64,000 nt of DNA, taken from an uncultured Fidelibacterota bacterium. Its GTDB lineage: Bacteria > Fidelibacterota > Marinisomatia > Marinisomatales > UBA1611. The notes under the pieces were generated by a model. The model worked only from the letters and a program-made list of their open reading frames with translations. It did no database searches and was not told where the DNA came from. The stretch is taken from contig CAJWHW010000002.1 in NCBI GenBank assembly GCA_913040915.1, forward strand, positions 43,227 to 107,226. Reading direction: 5' to 3'. Within the stretch, counting starts at the first letter, position 1, and every line of letters starts with the position of its first letter. The translations under genes and the position numbers were made by a program. Shown here piece by piece: positions 1-10,790 of the stretch.

Positions 1-75
1 ATTTGGATATCCTGCTGTTATGAAAGGAATGAGTTTTTTTCGAGGTTCTTTAAATAAAGCTTGAATACCGTTCAT
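1..75 (-). CDS. trpA: Tryptophan synthase alpha chain, N-terminal part (runs off the window edge)
   Basis: Hand translation from ATG at 75 gives [25 protein letters not shown], with the TrpA motif (L/F)IP(F/Y)ITAG(Y/D)P. ATGA overlap with the trpB stop. Confidence 0.92.
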   Translation of the reverse strand, partial: MNGIQALFKEPRKKLIPFITAGYPN

Positions 76-1277
76 AGTTTTTCTCCTAAGGTTTCAGCAA
101 CGGTATTAACGTCTTTATCACCACGACCAGAAAGGCAGACCAAGACATCTTCATTTGGTTTAATTCCATTATTTGATTGACGTAAATAAGCTATAGCATG
201 AGCAGTCTCAAGTGCTGGTAGTATACCTTCTTTTTTTGATAACCATTGAAATGCGTCTAATGCTTCCTGGTCTGTGGCAGAGCGGTATTCTATTCTACCT
301 ACTTCGTTTAAATAACTATGTTCTGGGCCGATGCCAGGATAATCTAGGCCAGCGGAAATGGAATGGGGTAGAATAACCTGCCCATCATTATTTTGAAGTA
401 AAGTAGAAGCAGCGCCATGCAATACTCCAAATTCTCCTTTATTCATAGTGGCAGCATGTTCTCCAGATTCAAGCCCTTTACCAGCTGCTTCAACTCCAAT
501 AATCTTTACATCATCTTTCAGAAATGAATAAAATAATCCCATTGCATTTGATCCGCCTCCCACACAGGCAACTAAACGATCTGGTAAAATTTTATCAGAT
601 TGTTGAGAAAATTGTTTTTTTGTCTCCTTCCCAATTATTGATTGAAAGTCTCTTACAAGCATTGGATAAGGATGGGGGCCAACGGTTGAGCCAATTAAAT
701 AATAGGTGGATTCAACATTAGTTACCCAATCACGGATAGCTTCATTGGTGGCATCCTTTAAAGTCATGCTACCTGAAGACACTGGTCTGACTTCAGCATT
801 AAGTAATTTCATCCGAAATACATTTAATTTTTGTCTTCGTATGTCTTCTTCGCCCATATAAATAATACATTCTAACCCAAATCGTGCAGCAACCGTAGCG
901 GTGGCAACGCCATGCTGCCCAGCACCAGTTTCAGCAATAATTCGTTTTTTCCCCATTTGCTTAGCCAATAAGATCTGCCCCAAAGCATTGTTGATTTTAT
1001 GAGCTCCGGTATGATTTAGATCTTCTCTCTTTAGCCATATATTAAATTCCAATTCTTTTGAAATACGTTCTGCGAAGTAGAGAGCTGTCTCACGTCCTGA
1101 ATAATGATTAAGTAAATTATTTAACTCATCTTGAAAAAAGCGATCATTTGTTGCCCTAAGATATTGTTTCTCTAATTCTTCTAGAGCTGGAATAAGTGTC
1201 TCGGGTACATACTTTCCACCAAACTTATCAAAATGTCCTCGTTCATCTGGAAGGTTATAATTATCAAATTTTCTCAT
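72..1277 (-). CDS. trpB: Tryptophan synthase beta chain
   Basis: [15 protein letters not shown] (PLP lysine), [17 protein letters not shown]. Start moved to MRKFDNY at 1277 to avoid overlap with trpF. Confidence 0.97.
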   Translation of the reverse strand: MRKFDNYNLPDERGHFDKFGGKYVPETLIPALEELEKQYLRATNDRFFQDELNNLLNHYSGRETALYFAERISKELEFNIWLKREDLNHTGAHKINNALGQILLAKQMGKKRIIAETGAGQHGVATATVAARFGLECIIYMGEEDIRRQKLNVFRMKLLNAEVRPVSSGSMTLKDATNEAIRDWVTNVESTYYLIGSTVGPHPYPMLVRDFQSIIGKETKKQFSQQSDKILPDRLVACVGGGSNAMGLFYSFLKDDVKIIGVEAAGKGLESGEHAATMNKGEFGVLHGAASTLLQNNDGQVILPHSISAGLDYPGIGPEHSYLNEVGRIEYRSATDQEALDAFQWLSKKEGILPALETAHAIAYLRQSNNGIKPNEDVLVCLSGRGDKDVNTVAETLGEKL

Positions 1278-1284
1278 TTTTTTA

Positions 1285-1932
1285 TCATGATTTAAGTAAA
1301 CCAGAGAATACATTAAAATTTGTGACAGTATCTCTGATATTTTTAAAAAATAATTTAATTTTTAGGTGATCTTTTATGCCTGGTGATTTTTCTAAACCAC
1401 TATTTAAGTCAATGGCATCAGGTTTCATTAATTTAATTGCCTTCAAAACATTTTCTGAATTAAGTCCGCCAGAAAGGATAATCGGTTTATCTGTTGGATT
1501 TATAAAAAGTGACCAGTCAAAAGTTTCTCCTGTGCCTCCATATTTATCCTTTGAAAAAGTATCAAATAAAAATGCATCTACATTATAATCATTCATAATT
1601 GAAAAGCTACCTGAATTTCTAATATGAAGTGCTTTTATTACAGGTAATTGAAACTGTTCACAGAATTCCGGTGATTCATCTCCGTGTAATTGAATTATGT
1701 TCAAGGGCACATTTTGGACTGCTTCTAAAATGAATGGCATAGACTGATCAACAAAAACCCCCAGTTTTATTGTTTTATCAGGTAAATGATCTGAAATAAA
1801 TTTTGCTTTTTTGATAGTGATAGCACGGGGACTCTTATCATAAAAAATAAATCCAATTGCTGCTGCACCAAATTCTAATGCGCATTGAGCATCTGCAATA
1901 TTTGTAATCCCACATACCTTTGTTGCCATCAT
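1285..1932 (-). CDS. trpF: Phosphoribosylanthranilate isomerase
   Basis: [26 protein letters not shown] motifs; position in the trp operon. Confidence 0.95.
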   Translation of the reverse strand: MMATKVCGITNIADAQCALEFGAAAIGFIFYDKSPRAITIKKAKFISDHLPDKTIKLGVFVDQSMPFILEAVQNVPLNIIQLHGDESPEFCEQFQLPVIKALHIRNSGSFSIMNDYNVDAFLFDTFSKDKYGGTGETFDWSLFINPTDKPIILSGGLNSENVLKAIKLMKPDAIDLNSGLEKSPGIKDHLKIKLFFKNIRDTVTNFNVFSGLLKS

Positions 1933-2690
1933 ACTAATTCTCCCACTAAATCGTCTAAAGCTTTGCCAGGATTTCCAGTTTTCATGAGTGAAGTTCCAAC
2001 TAAAACCGCATCATACCCTAAATCATAAACATATTTAAGATCATCGGGAGACTTTATTCCGCTTTCTGCTACTTTTAGAGAAGATCTTGGTAAATAATTT
2101 ACTATCTTTGAAAAATAGGATATATCAGTATTCATTGTTTTTAAATCTCGACAGTTAACACCCACAATTTCTGGTTTAATCTCTCCAATAATTTTTGCAT
2201 TTTCATCACTGTGGAATTCTACCAATACATCTAGATTCATTTTATTCCCAATAGCTATTAATTCAGCAATTTTCCTATCATCTAAAGCTTCTGCAATAAG
2301 TAAAAAAGCATCCGCTTTGGCGAAACCTGATTGAATTATTTGACATGGATCAATAATAAAATCCTTACGAAGAATAGGAATAGATACTTCATTCTTTATT
2401 GATTCTAAAACGTCAATATGTCCGCCGAAAAACTGTTGATCTGTTAATACTGAAATTGCTGAAGCACCTGCTGACTCATAATCCTTAGCAATCTGAATTG
2501 GGTCAGCATTTGGCAGGATTAAGCCTTCACTGGGAGATTTCATTTTAATTTCAGCTATAATCGATAACCTTTGATTTGTAAGAGCATCTTTCAGGCTTAA
2601 TGTATGAAATGGTTCAACCCCATTAGCAAAAGGCGGCATGTGCTCTATCTCTTTCTGCTTGATATCTAAAATTTGTTCAAGGATATTCAT
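1929..2690 (-). CDS. trpC: Indole-3-glycerol phosphate synthase
   Basis: IAEIKMKSPS, ISVLTD, LRKDFI, AESGI motifs. Confidence 0.95.
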   Translation of the reverse strand: MNILEQILDIKQKEIEHMPPFANGVEPFHTLSLKDALTNQRLSIIAEIKMKSPSEGLILPNADPIQIAKDYESAGASAISVLTDQQFFGGHIDVLESIKNEVSIPILRKDFIIDPCQIIQSGFAKADAFLLIAEALDDRKIAELIAIGNKMNLDVLVEFHSDENAKIIGEIKPEIVGVNCRDLKTMNTDISYFSKIVNYLPRSSLKVAESGIKSPDDLKYVYDLGYDAVLVGTSLMKTGNPGKALDDLVGELV

Positions 2691-3682
2691 TTTGTCATTT
2701 GTGATAACACATTTAGTGCCGCACCTGAATCAATAGACTCAGATGCTTTTAATAATCCTTCTTTTAGGGTTTTTGCCTTATTACCTACAACGATCCCAGC
2801 AGCTGCATTAATTAAAACAATATCACGTTTGGGCCCCATTTCACCATTTAAAATGTTTTTAATAATCTTCGCATTTTCTTTTGGGTTGTAACCCATCAGA
2901 TCATCTAAAGAAGCTTGATTTAAACCTAGCTTTCTAGAATCAAATTCGATTGTTGAAACATGCCCACCATTTTGCATTTGGCTGATTTTTGTGGTAGTTG
3001 TTGTAGAGATTTCATCTAAACCATCACGGCCGTGAAAAACCATTACATCTGTAGAACCTAATGCTTTTAATACGTTTGTTTGAACCTCAGTCAAATCAGG
3101 ATGAAAGATGCCCATAGCTTGAGCTTTAACATTTGCAGGATTACACAGGGGACCAAGAATGTTGAAAACTGTTCGTGTGGCTAAAGCAGTTCTTGCTCCA
3201 ATAGCATGTTTCATAGCTGGGTGGTATGCCGGTGCGAACATAAAACCCAATCTATAATTTTCTATATCCTCTAAAAATTTATCTACAGATTTGTCAATAA
3301 TAATTCCTAATTCTTGAAGAACATCGGCCGATCCTGATTTAGATGTCATGGAACGGTTCCCATGTTTTGCAACACGCACACCTGTCCCAGCTACAACAAA
3401 TGTTGCTGCAGTGGAGATATTGAATGTACCCGATGCATCACCGCCAGTACCACACATATCAATGGCTGGTGTACTTAGTGGAACTGTAACCATTTTTTCT
3501 CTCATGGCCTTTGCAAAGCCTGTGATTTCATCCACTGTTTCACCTTTAGCCCGAAGCGCTACTAAAAATCCAGAAATTTGTGCATCATTATATTCCCCTG
3601 ACATAATGGATAGCATTACTCTAAAAGCTTCATCTTTAGAAAGATTTTGTTTATCTAATAATTGTTCTAATATTTGTTTCAT
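2687..3682 (-). CDS. trpD: Anthranilate phosphoribosyltransferase
   Basis: CGTGGD, FNIST, KHGNRS..SKSGSAD, GLDEIS. Confidence 0.96.
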   Translation of the reverse strand: MKQILEQLLDKQNLSKDEAFRVMLSIMSGEYNDAQISGFLVALRAKGETVDEITGFAKAMREKMVTVPLSTPAIDMCGTGGDASGTFNISTAATFVVAGTGVRVAKHGNRSMTSKSGSADVLQELGIIIDKSVDKFLEDIENYRLGFMFAPAYHPAMKHAIGARTALATRTVFNILGPLCNPANVKAQAMGIFHPDLTEVQTNVLKALGSTDVMVFHGRDGLDEISTTTTTKISQMQNGGHVSTIEFDSRKLGLNQASLDDLMGYNPKENAKIIKNILNGEMGPKRDIVLINAAAGIVVGNKAKTLKEGLLKASESIDSGAALNVLSQMTK

Positions 3683-3736
3683 TGTAAGCTCAAAGACTCT
3701 AGTTATAACTGTAGTTATATTTTTGTTTTAACAAGA

Positions 3737-4306
3737 TCAACATTTTATTGTTAAGAAGTTTTTTATTATTTGTAAACCATTCTCAGTTGCTATGGATTCA
3801 GGATGAAATTGTAATCCATAGACTGGATCATTTTTGTGTTCTATGGCCATAATTAGGCCATTGTTTAATTCTGCTGTTATTATTAATTCTTTAGGGAGTA
3901 ATTTTTTGTCAGCTACTAATGAATGATAGCGAGTGGCCATAAAAGATCCTGAAAATCCTTTGAATAGAGCAGATCCATTATGTTGAATCTTTGCAGTCTT
4001 ACCATGAACAATCTCCGATGAATGAACTACTGTGCCACCATAAGCAATTGTAATTGCTTGATGGCCAAGACAGACTCCAAGTATAGGAATTTCTTTCCCA
4101 TATTTTTTAATAATATTTACAGAATGACCCGCATTTTCAGGCCTCCCGGGTCCAGGAGAGATGACAATATGAGTTGGATCCCAATGAACAATATCATCCA
4201 ATTCGAATTGATTATTTCGTATCACTTTCACATCTGGATTAAGAACACCGATGTATTGTACCAGATTAAATGTGAAAGAGTCGTAATTATCAATAACTAA
4301 GATCAT
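3737..4306 (-). CDS. trpG: Anthranilate synthase component II (glutamine amidotransferase)
   Basis: IDNYDSFT, ISPGPG, GVCLGHQ, QFHPES. Confidence 0.95.
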   Translation of the reverse strand: MILVIDNYDSFTFNLVQYIGVLNPDVKVIRNNQFELDDIVHWDPTHIVISPGPGRPENAGHSVNIIKKYGKEIPILGVCLGHQAITIAYGGTVVHSSEIVHGKTAKIQHNGSALFKGFSGSFMATRYHSLVADKKLLPKELIITAELNNGLIMAIEHKNDPVYGLQFHPESIATENGLQIIKNFLTIKC

Positions 4307-5787
4307 GCTGCTAATCCATCCTCTGCGAAGTCAATTGCTGACATGATAGCCTTGGCCTTACTTACCGTTTCCTCAAATTCTTTGGTGGGGTCTGAATCAT
4401 AGACAATGCCTGCACCGGACTGAAAATGGACGGATCCATTTTTCATAATCATAGTCCTTATAGCTATACAAGTATTTACATTGCCGGTAAAATCAAAAAA
4501 CCCGACAGCACCTGAATAAATATTTCGTCGTTCAGGTTCTAGATCTTTGATTATTTCCATAGCTCGAATTTTGGGAGCACCTGTAACCGTACCAGCAGGG
4601 AAACCACTCATAAGCGCATCAAATGGATCTTTATGTTCGGCAAGCTTTCCTTTTACATCAGAAACAATATGCATAACGTGGGAATAATTTTCGATTACCA
4701 TATTCTCGGGAATGGTAATTGACCCAAATTCTGAGACACGGCCCACGTCATTTCTGCCCAGATCTAAAAGCATAAGGTGTTCTGCTCTTTCCTTTTCATC
4801 ATTTAATAGTTCGTGCGCTAATTTTTTATCTTCATCAACTGAGTCCCCACGTTTACGCGTGCCTGCAATAGGGCGGATTTCCACATTGCCATCTTCTACT
4901 TTTACTAAGAGTTCAGGTGATGCACCAATAATATCAAAATCATTAATCTTTAAATGGAACATATATGGTGATGGATTAATGTTTCTCAAAGCTCGGTAAA
5001 GGGTTGTAGCCTCTACATCGGTGGCCCTTTCGAACCGCTGACTGAGAACCAGTTGAAAAATATCACCGTTGACAATATACTCTTTAGCTTTAGCCACTGC
5101 TTTCTCAAATTTATTTTGATCAAAATTTGAAATTACTTTACTTTTTTTTACTTGTATTGGCGTCTGATAATCCACATTAGTATGTAGTGATTCGCCAATT
5201 ATATCTATCTTTGAATGTGCTTTATTAAATTGGAATTCCAAATCTGCTGAATCATCAATATTAACATTTGAGATTACTAATGCAGACCCTTTTAAGTGAT
5301 CGAAAGCAATTATGTTTTCAAATAACATAAAGACTGAATCAGGTATATTTAATGCTGAATCTGTGTGAATTGGAATATCTTCGAACCAGGTGATAGTCTC
5401 ATAGCCAAGGTAACCAACTAGTCCACCGGTAAAAGATGGAATCCCGGGAAACTTCATCATTTTATATTGAGATTGAATATCGCGAAGTAAATCTAAAAAT
5501 GGTGTTTCCACTTTATTTTTGTTACCATTTTTATAGATAATTGTTTGTCCATTTTTGTGTGTCAATATTTGTTTTGGATTAATTCCTACATAAGAATATC
5601 TGGTATATTGATTCCCTTTTTCTACAGATTCTAGTATGAAAGCATATTTAGCCTTTTGAGATAAATGTATCCATGCTGCCACGGGCGTAAGAAGATCTGC
5701 CAGGATACGTTTATATACAGGTATAGTTCGGTTCCCTTGGGAAACCAAATCTTGAAATTCTTTGTAGGTCAGTTGAGTTTTATCCAT
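4303..5787 (-). CDS. trpE: Anthranilate synthase component I
   Basis: LESV, GDIFQLVLSQRF, NPSPYM, PIAGT, FPAGTVTGAPKIRAM. ATG at 5787 preferred because the TTG at 5796 lies in the terminator U-tract. Confidence 0.95.
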   Translation of the reverse strand: MDKTQLTYKEFQDLVSQGNRTIPVYKRILADLLTPVAAWIHLSQKAKYAFILESVEKGNQYTRYSYVGINPKQILTHKNGQTIIYKNGNKNKVETPFLDLLRDIQSQYKMMKFPGIPSFTGGLVGYLGYETITWFEDIPIHTDSALNIPDSVFMLFENIIAFDHLKGSALVISNVNIDDSADLEFQFNKAHSKIDIIGESLHTNVDYQTPIQVKKSKVISNFDQNKFEKAVAKAKEYIVNGDIFQLVLSQRFERATDVEATTLYRALRNINPSPYMFHLKINDFDIIGASPELLVKVEDGNVEIRPIAGTRKRGDSVDEDKKLAHELLNDEKERAEHLMLLDLGRNDVGRVSEFGSITIPENMVIENYSHVMHIVSDVKGKLAEHKDPFDALMSGFPAGTVTGAPKIRAMEIIKDLEPERRNIYSGAVGFFDFTGNVNTCIAIRTMIMKNGSVHFQSGAGIVYDSDPTKEFEETVSKAKAIMSAIDFAEDGLAA

Positions 5788-5794
5788 TTTGCGC

Positions 5795-5823
5795 AAAAAA
5801 AAACCCCGATCATTGCCGGGGTT
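5795..5823 (-). terminator. trp attenuator terminator
   Basis: Minus strand reads AACCCCG-GCAATGAT-CGGGGTT followed by 7 more T, ending 8 nt before the trpE ATG. Confidence 0.88.
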
Positions 5824-5857
5824 AAAGTGCAGTCAATATATACAGGTATCCCTGGGA

Positions 5858-5926
5858 CTACGTAACCCCTTTAAGGCTAAAAAACCAATACCAGTTGTAA
5901 TAATTTTCTATGTTTTTGTAATTCAT
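5858..5926 (-). CDS. trpL: trp operon leader peptide (22 aa, MNYKNIENYYNWYWFFSLKGVT)
   Basis: Hand-translated short ORF with a YYNWYWFF cluster, directly upstream of the terminator and trpE. Confidence 0.85.
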   Translation of the reverse strand: MNYKNIENYYNWYWFFSLKGVT

Positions 5927-5966
5927 AGCATCAAATATTAAGGAAAAGTGAGAACTGTATCCAACA

Positions 5967-6239
5967 TTATTTATTTTTTTGAAATTTTTTTGAAATTTTA
6001 TAAACAGGATCAAAAATTGAAGCAATATCTTCTTTATTTAGCTTTCCATCCAATTTATTGGCAAGATGCTCTATAATTTCTTTTTCTCGATTTGGATCAT
6101 GGATTTTAATATTATTGGATGCTTTGATTTCACCAATCTGTTTTGAAATAGAAAAACGCTTTAAAAGAAAATCTAATATTTGATTATCTAAATAATCAAT
6201 TTTGTCTCGCAGTGAATCAATTTTCTCTTTTGGGTTCAT
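5967..6239 (-). CDS. Monofunctional chorismate mutase (AroQ class)
   Basis: LRDKIDYLD...LLKR...IGEIK...DPNRE pattern of type II chorismate mutases; 90 aa. Confidence 0.88.
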   Translation of the reverse strand: MNPKEKIDSLRDKIDYLDNQILDFLLKRFSISKQIGEIKASNNIKIHDPNREKEIIEHLANKLDGKLNKEDIASIFDPVYKISKKFQKNK

Positions 6240-6296
6240 GAATTAAACTACACAAATCATAAATTGGTTAGAAAGTGAAATAATCAAAATATTTAA

Positions 6297-7439
6297 TTAA
6301 GTTTGTTCCAATGCCTGTTTGAGGTCAGCAATAATATCTTTGTGGTTTTCTATCCCCACGGAAATTCGCACTAAACCATCTGTGAGGCCTCGGGCATCTC
6401 GTTCTTTTTTCGGGACATCCGCATGGGTCATGGTAGCAGGGTGAGTGATCATGGTTTCCACAGAACCCAAACTTTCTGCTAACTTTGCCAATTGAACAGA
6501 ATTCATCACAATTTTTGCTGCGGGGATGCCGCCAATTAATTCAAAAGAAATCATACCACTATATCCGGACATTTGTTTTTTGGCAATAGCGTGGCAAGGA
6601 TGAGAAGGGAGTCCAGGATATGCTACCCGGAATACTTTAGGATGAGCCTCTAAATATTCCGCTACTGCTTGGGCATTTGAAAAATGCTTTTTCATTCGTA
6701 TATCCAATGTTTTAACACCGAGAATGGTGAGCCAGCAATCAAAGGGCCCGGGAACGGCGCCAATGGTTTTTTGGATGAATTTCAGTTTTTCAAACAAGTC
6801 TTCCCTATTGGTAATTACTACGCCCCCAATCAATTGGTTATGGCCGCTTAAATATTTGGTAGTACTGTGCATCACCAAATCTGCACCGAATTCCATTGGT
6901 CGGAGGAAAACAGGTGTAGCAAAGGTAGAATCCACTCCAAATAAGATATTATGTTTTTTAGCAATTTCACCAACAGCTTCAAGATCTGTGATCTTTAATA
7001 ATGGGTTTGTGGGTGTTTCTATCCAAATTAATTTTGTTTTGGGTTGAATTGCATTTTCAACATTTGTAGGAATGGAAGAATCTACATACGTGAAATGTAA
7101 ATCATAATTCACTAAGATCTGGTTAAAATACCGGGACACGCCACCGTAAACATCATCGGAACAAATGATATGGTCGCCTGCTTTCAACAATTTTAAAACA
7201 CCATCCACAGCGGACATACCACTAGCAAAGGCAATTCCAAATTGTCCTCCATCAAGCTCGGCTAAAATTTCTTCCATAACCTGTCTTGTGGGGTTGGATG
7301 AACGGGTATAGTCAAATCCTTTATCTTGGCCAACTTCTTCCAAAACGTAAGTGGCTGTTTGGTAGACAGGCGGTAGGATAGACCCAGTAGTAGGATCAGG
7401 TTCTGTACCTGCCTGGACAACTTTTGTATCAAATTTCAT
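6297..7439 (-). CDS. metB: Cystathionine gamma-synthase / gamma-lyase (Cys/Met metabolism PLP enzyme)
   Basis: YTRSSNPT, FASGMSA, ETPTNP, HSTTKYLSGH, AESLG, LVRISVGIE. Synthase versus lyase cannot be resolved by eye. Confidence 0.8.
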   Translation of the reverse strand: MKFDTKVVQAGTEPDPTTGSILPPVYQTATYVLEEVGQDKGFDYTRSSNPTRQVMEEILAELDGGQFGIAFASGMSAVDGVLKLLKAGDHIICSDDVYGGVSRYFNQILVNYDLHFTYVDSSIPTNVENAIQPKTKLIWIETPTNPLLKITDLEAVGEIAKKHNILFGVDSTFATPVFLRPMEFGADLVMHSTTKYLSGHNQLIGGVVITNREDLFEKLKFIQKTIGAVPGPFDCWLTILGVKTLDIRMKKHFSNAQAVAEYLEAHPKVFRVAYPGLPSHPCHAIAKKQMSGYSGMISFELIGGIPAAKIVMNSVQLAKLAESLGSVETMITHPATMTHADVPKKERDARGLTDGLVRISVGIENHKDIIADLKQALEQT

Positions 7440-7462
7440 AAAAGATCCTGTGTTCTAATTCA

Positions 7463-8755
7463 TTATTTTGCCAGTAAATATTCCTTTAGGTCAGAAAATT
7501 TTTTGGACATTTTTATGGATTTTTTTTCTTTTTTTATAGTAATCTGCAATGAATCTGGCAGGGATGTTTTAAATCCAGTAATGGGTTCAATCACATCTGC
7601 AAATTTCCCCGGGTGGGCTGTGGATAAAACAACTCCCGTTGATATTGAATTTGTTTTCTCTCTATATTTTTTTAATCCCAAGACACCAACTGAAGTGTGT
7701 GGATCAATCAAATAGCCAAATTCATCTTGAATACTTTTAATAGATTCTTTTGTCTCTTCATCAGGGAAGCTCCAACTGGCAATATCCATTTTTACTTGCC
7801 TTATATTATCGTGAAATAAGTCTATTATTCGATCCAAATTACTGGGCACACCAACATCCATTGCATTAGATATTGTTTGTACAGCATCTTGATGTTGAAT
7901 TATTCCACTGCTTAAAAAGTGTGGGAAAGTATCATTTGCATTTGTGGAAGCTATAAATTTCTCAACTGGAACTCCCATACGGTTTGCGAAAAGCCCCCCG
8001 GTTAAATTCCCAAAGTTTCCACTAGGAATGCTAAATATTATTGGCTTGTATTTACTGCAGTGTTTCCAAGCCCAGGCATAATAAACCGATTGAGGCAATA
8101 GTCTAGCTATATTAATTGAATTAGCAGAACTTAATGATAAACTACTACGCAAATCGATATCTTGAAAAGAAGCTTTAACTAATCGTTGGCAATCATCAAA
8201 GGAGCCATCTATTTCTAAAGCAGTAATATTGCCACCCAAAGTTGTAATTTGTTTTTCCTGAATGGCACTTACTCGATTGGAAGGATAAAGAATAATAACA
8301 TCAATGCCATCTACATTAAAAAAACCGTTTGCAACGGCACTTCCAGTATCACCAGATGTAGCTACTAATATCTTTAACCTATCACCATTATTTTCAAGAA
8401 AATAAGACATCGTTTGAGCCATAAACCGTGCAGCAAAATCCTTGAAGGCGAGTGTCGGCCCGTGAAATAACTCCAATATAGAATCGGTTTTATTTAATTC
8501 TTTAATTTGCATGGGAAAATTAAATGCCAATTCACAAATATCAGTTAATTGAGCATGTGTTAAATCACCTTCTGTGAATGGATAAATCATACCAACAGCT
8601 AATTCGGGGTAACTAAAATCAGATTTAAAAAAGTCTATCCCTAATTGAGGAATAGTTGCAGGCATATAAAGTCCACCATCCGGCGCTAATCCATGGAACA
8701 ATGCTTCCTTGAATCCGACTGAAATAGCCTTATTATTTGTACTGTAAAAGCGCAA
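7463..8755 (-). CDS. thrC: Threonine synthase
   Basis: GLAPDGGLY, ELFHGPTLAFKDF, ATSGDTG, PSGNFGN; TTG start. Confidence 0.96.
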   Translation of the reverse strand: MRFYSTNNKAISVGFKEALFHGLAPDGGLYMPATIPQLGIDFFKSDFSYPELAVGMIYPFTEGDLTHAQLTDICELAFNFPMQIKELNKTDSILELFHGPTLAFKDFAARFMAQTMSYFLENNGDRLKILVATSGDTGSAVANGFFNVDGIDVIILYPSNRVSAIQEKQITTLGGNITALEIDGSFDDCQRLVKASFQDIDLRSSLSLSSANSINIARLLPQSVYYAWAWKHCSKYKPIIFSIPSGNFGNLTGGLFANRMGVPVEKFIASTNANDTFPHFLSSGIIQHQDAVQTISNAMDVGVPSNLDRIIDLFHDNIRQVKMDIASWSFPDEETKESIKSIQDEFGYLIDPHTSVGVLGLKKYREKTNSISTGVVLSTAHPGKFADVIEPITGFKTSLPDSLQITIKKEKKSIKMSKKFSDLKEYLLAK

Positions 8756-8758
8756 GTA

Positions 8759-9694
8759 TCAGTCCAAAATTTCCGGTGGTTTTGTATGAATTGGTGTACT
8801 ATAAGCAGTACTTTCAAGTCCAGCGTTTTTAAATGTATTCACCATTATTAGTCCTATTTTCTCCGCAGTCTCTATTGAATCTGATAAAGCGAAAATAGCA
8901 GGCCCAGAGCCAGAAATACCGCAGCCGATTGCCCCGGCATCTATTGCGGATTGTCGAACAGATTTGTAACCGGGTATAAGTTCTGCTCGAACAGGTTCAG
9001 CAAAAAGATCCACCATTGAACGGCTCAAAAGATCAAAATCAGATTTATGAAGGCCTAAAGTAAAACCTGCCAAGTTTCCGGCCTGCTCAACTGCAGATTT
9101 TAAAGAAACTCGTTTAGGTAGCATACGCCGTGCGTCAAGAGTATTCACGCTAAAATCAGGTAATACTGCTGTACTGAATAAATTTTTTGGAACTGGTAAA
9201 TTCAGAACATCTAAAGGTTCATAACTGCGAATCAGGATGATTCCGCCGAAAAGAGCAGGTGCAATATTATCTGCATGTAATCCACCCGATGCAACTGCTT
9301 CTCCTGCCATACCATGAGCTAACAATTCACTATTTTTGAATGGATTATTCAATAATTCATTTAAACCCACAACAGCTGCAGCTGCACTGGCAGAACTAGA
9401 ACCCAACCCGCTTCCTGGTGGAATACCTTTTTCAATATGAACCTTAAATCCTTGATTACTACCCAAAGTATCAAGAAAAGATAATATAGCTTTACCTGCA
9501 GTATTATTTTCAGGATTAACAGGGATTGATTCATATTTTATACCCGAAATTGAAATTTCTATTACCGATTTTTCATGTTTTTTAATTGTAACAATATCTC
9601 CCGGTTTTGTAATGGCGTAACCAATACAATCAAAACCGCAAGATACGTTAGCGACTGAAGCCGTTGCTTGGACTCGAATTGAATTATTGAACAT
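8759..9694 (-). CDS. thrB: Homoserine kinase
   Basis: ANVSCGFD, GHMP-kinase loop IPPGSGLGSSSAS, HADN, ISGSGP. Start moved to MFNNSI at 9694. Confidence 0.94.
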   Translation of the reverse strand: MFNNSIRVQATASVANVSCGFDCIGYAITKPGDIVTIKKHEKSVIEISISGIKYESIPVNPENNTAGKAILSFLDTLGSNQGFKVHIEKGIPPGSGLGSSSASAAAAVVGLNELLNNPFKNSELLAHGMAGEAVASGGLHADNIAPALFGGIILIRSYEPLDVLNLPVPKNLFSTAVLPDFSVNTLDARRMLPKRVSLKSAVEQAGNLAGFTLGLHKSDFDLLSRSMVDLFAEPVRAELIPGYKSVRQSAIDAGAIGCGISGSGPAIFALSDSIETAEKIGLIMVNTFKNAGLESTAYSTPIHTKPPEILD

Positions 9695-10790
9695 GGATAT
9701 ATCCTTTTTGAACAAGTAGTTCTGCCATAAGAATGGCACCACCAGCGGCACCTCGAACTGTATTGTGCGACAATCCAATAAATCGAATATTAAAAAACAT
9801 ATCCTCTGTTATTCGCCCAACTGTTACAGTCATGCCATTTCCCAAATCTCGATCTAATTTAGGTTGGGGACGATCTATTTCATCCAAAACAATAATAGGA
9901 ATTTTTGGGGCTGATGGGAAATGCATAGCTTGTGGTTCTCCTATAAATGAAGATAAAATTAATTTGAACTCATCTATAGTAGGGGCAATATCAACAAATC
10001 CAATATGTACTACAGCAGTATGTCCATCTATTACTGGTACACGTGTACATACTGCATTTATAGCTAATCCCTTGAATTGCTCAATACCGCTTTCCGTTAC
10101 TTCACCAAATATTTTTAATGGTTCTTTTTCTGTCTTTTCTTCTTCTCCACCAATATAGGGTACAACATTATCTTTTAAATCTGGATTGGTTAATGCTTTA
10201 TAGCCAGCACCTGACAATGCTTGAAGGGTGGTCACTTGTACGCGATCCACCGGAAACCCTGCTTGTTTTAATGCTTCTAAAACAATAATATATGATTGAA
10301 TTGAACAATTAGGTTTAACTGCTACAAAACCAGAGTTTGGTAAATTTCGAATCATCTGTTGGATAGGAATCACCTCTGCATGATGAGGATTTATTTCAGG
10401 AATGATCATAGGTACATCACGGGTTTGACGATTAGCAGAACTAGTGGAAATAACAGCGTATCCTTTTTTTGCATACCCAAATTCAAAATCACGTGTATCC
10501 TGTTTTTTTTGTAAGTCTAACGCAGAAAATACACAGACTACATCCTCAGGTATTGATTCAAAATCATTCACATCCCGAACAATCAAGTTAGCAATTGAAT
10601 CAGGAATCTGTGTATCTATAGCCCATTTCTCACTAGTTGCTTCCCTGTAAGTTTTTCCGGAAGAATGCTTGGATGCAGCAACGTCTATAACGTCAAACCA
10701 TGGGTGGTTTTCCAATAATTTTAAGAAGTTTTGACCGACCATTCCAGTAGCACCTAAAACACTTACTTTAATATTTTTTTTTAGTAACAT
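9684..10790 (-). CDS. asd: Aspartate-semialdehyde dehydrogenase (resembles the archaeal/eukaryotic-type subfamily)
   Basis: LGATGMVGQ, PNCS (catalytic Cys), QALSGAG, CTRVPVIDGH, SHNTVRGAAG. Confidence 0.94.
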   Translation of the reverse strand: MLLKKNIKVSVLGATGMVGQNFLKLLENHPWFDVIDVAASKHSSGKTYREATSEKWAIDTQIPDSIANLIVRDVNDFESIPEDVVCVFSALDLQKKQDTRDFEFGYAKKGYAVISTSSANRQTRDVPMIIPEINPHHAEVIPIQQMIRNLPNSGFVAVKPNCSIQSYIIVLEALKQAGFPVDRVQVTTLQALSGAGYKALTNPDLKDNVVPYIGGEEEKTEKEPLKIFGEVTESGIEQFKGLAINAVCTRVPVIDGHTAVVHIGFVDIAPTIDEFKLILSSFIGEPQAMHFPSAPKIPIIVLDEIDRPQPKLDRDLGNGMTVTVGRITEDMFFNIRFIGLSHNTVRGAAGGAILMAELLVQKGYIHVQ

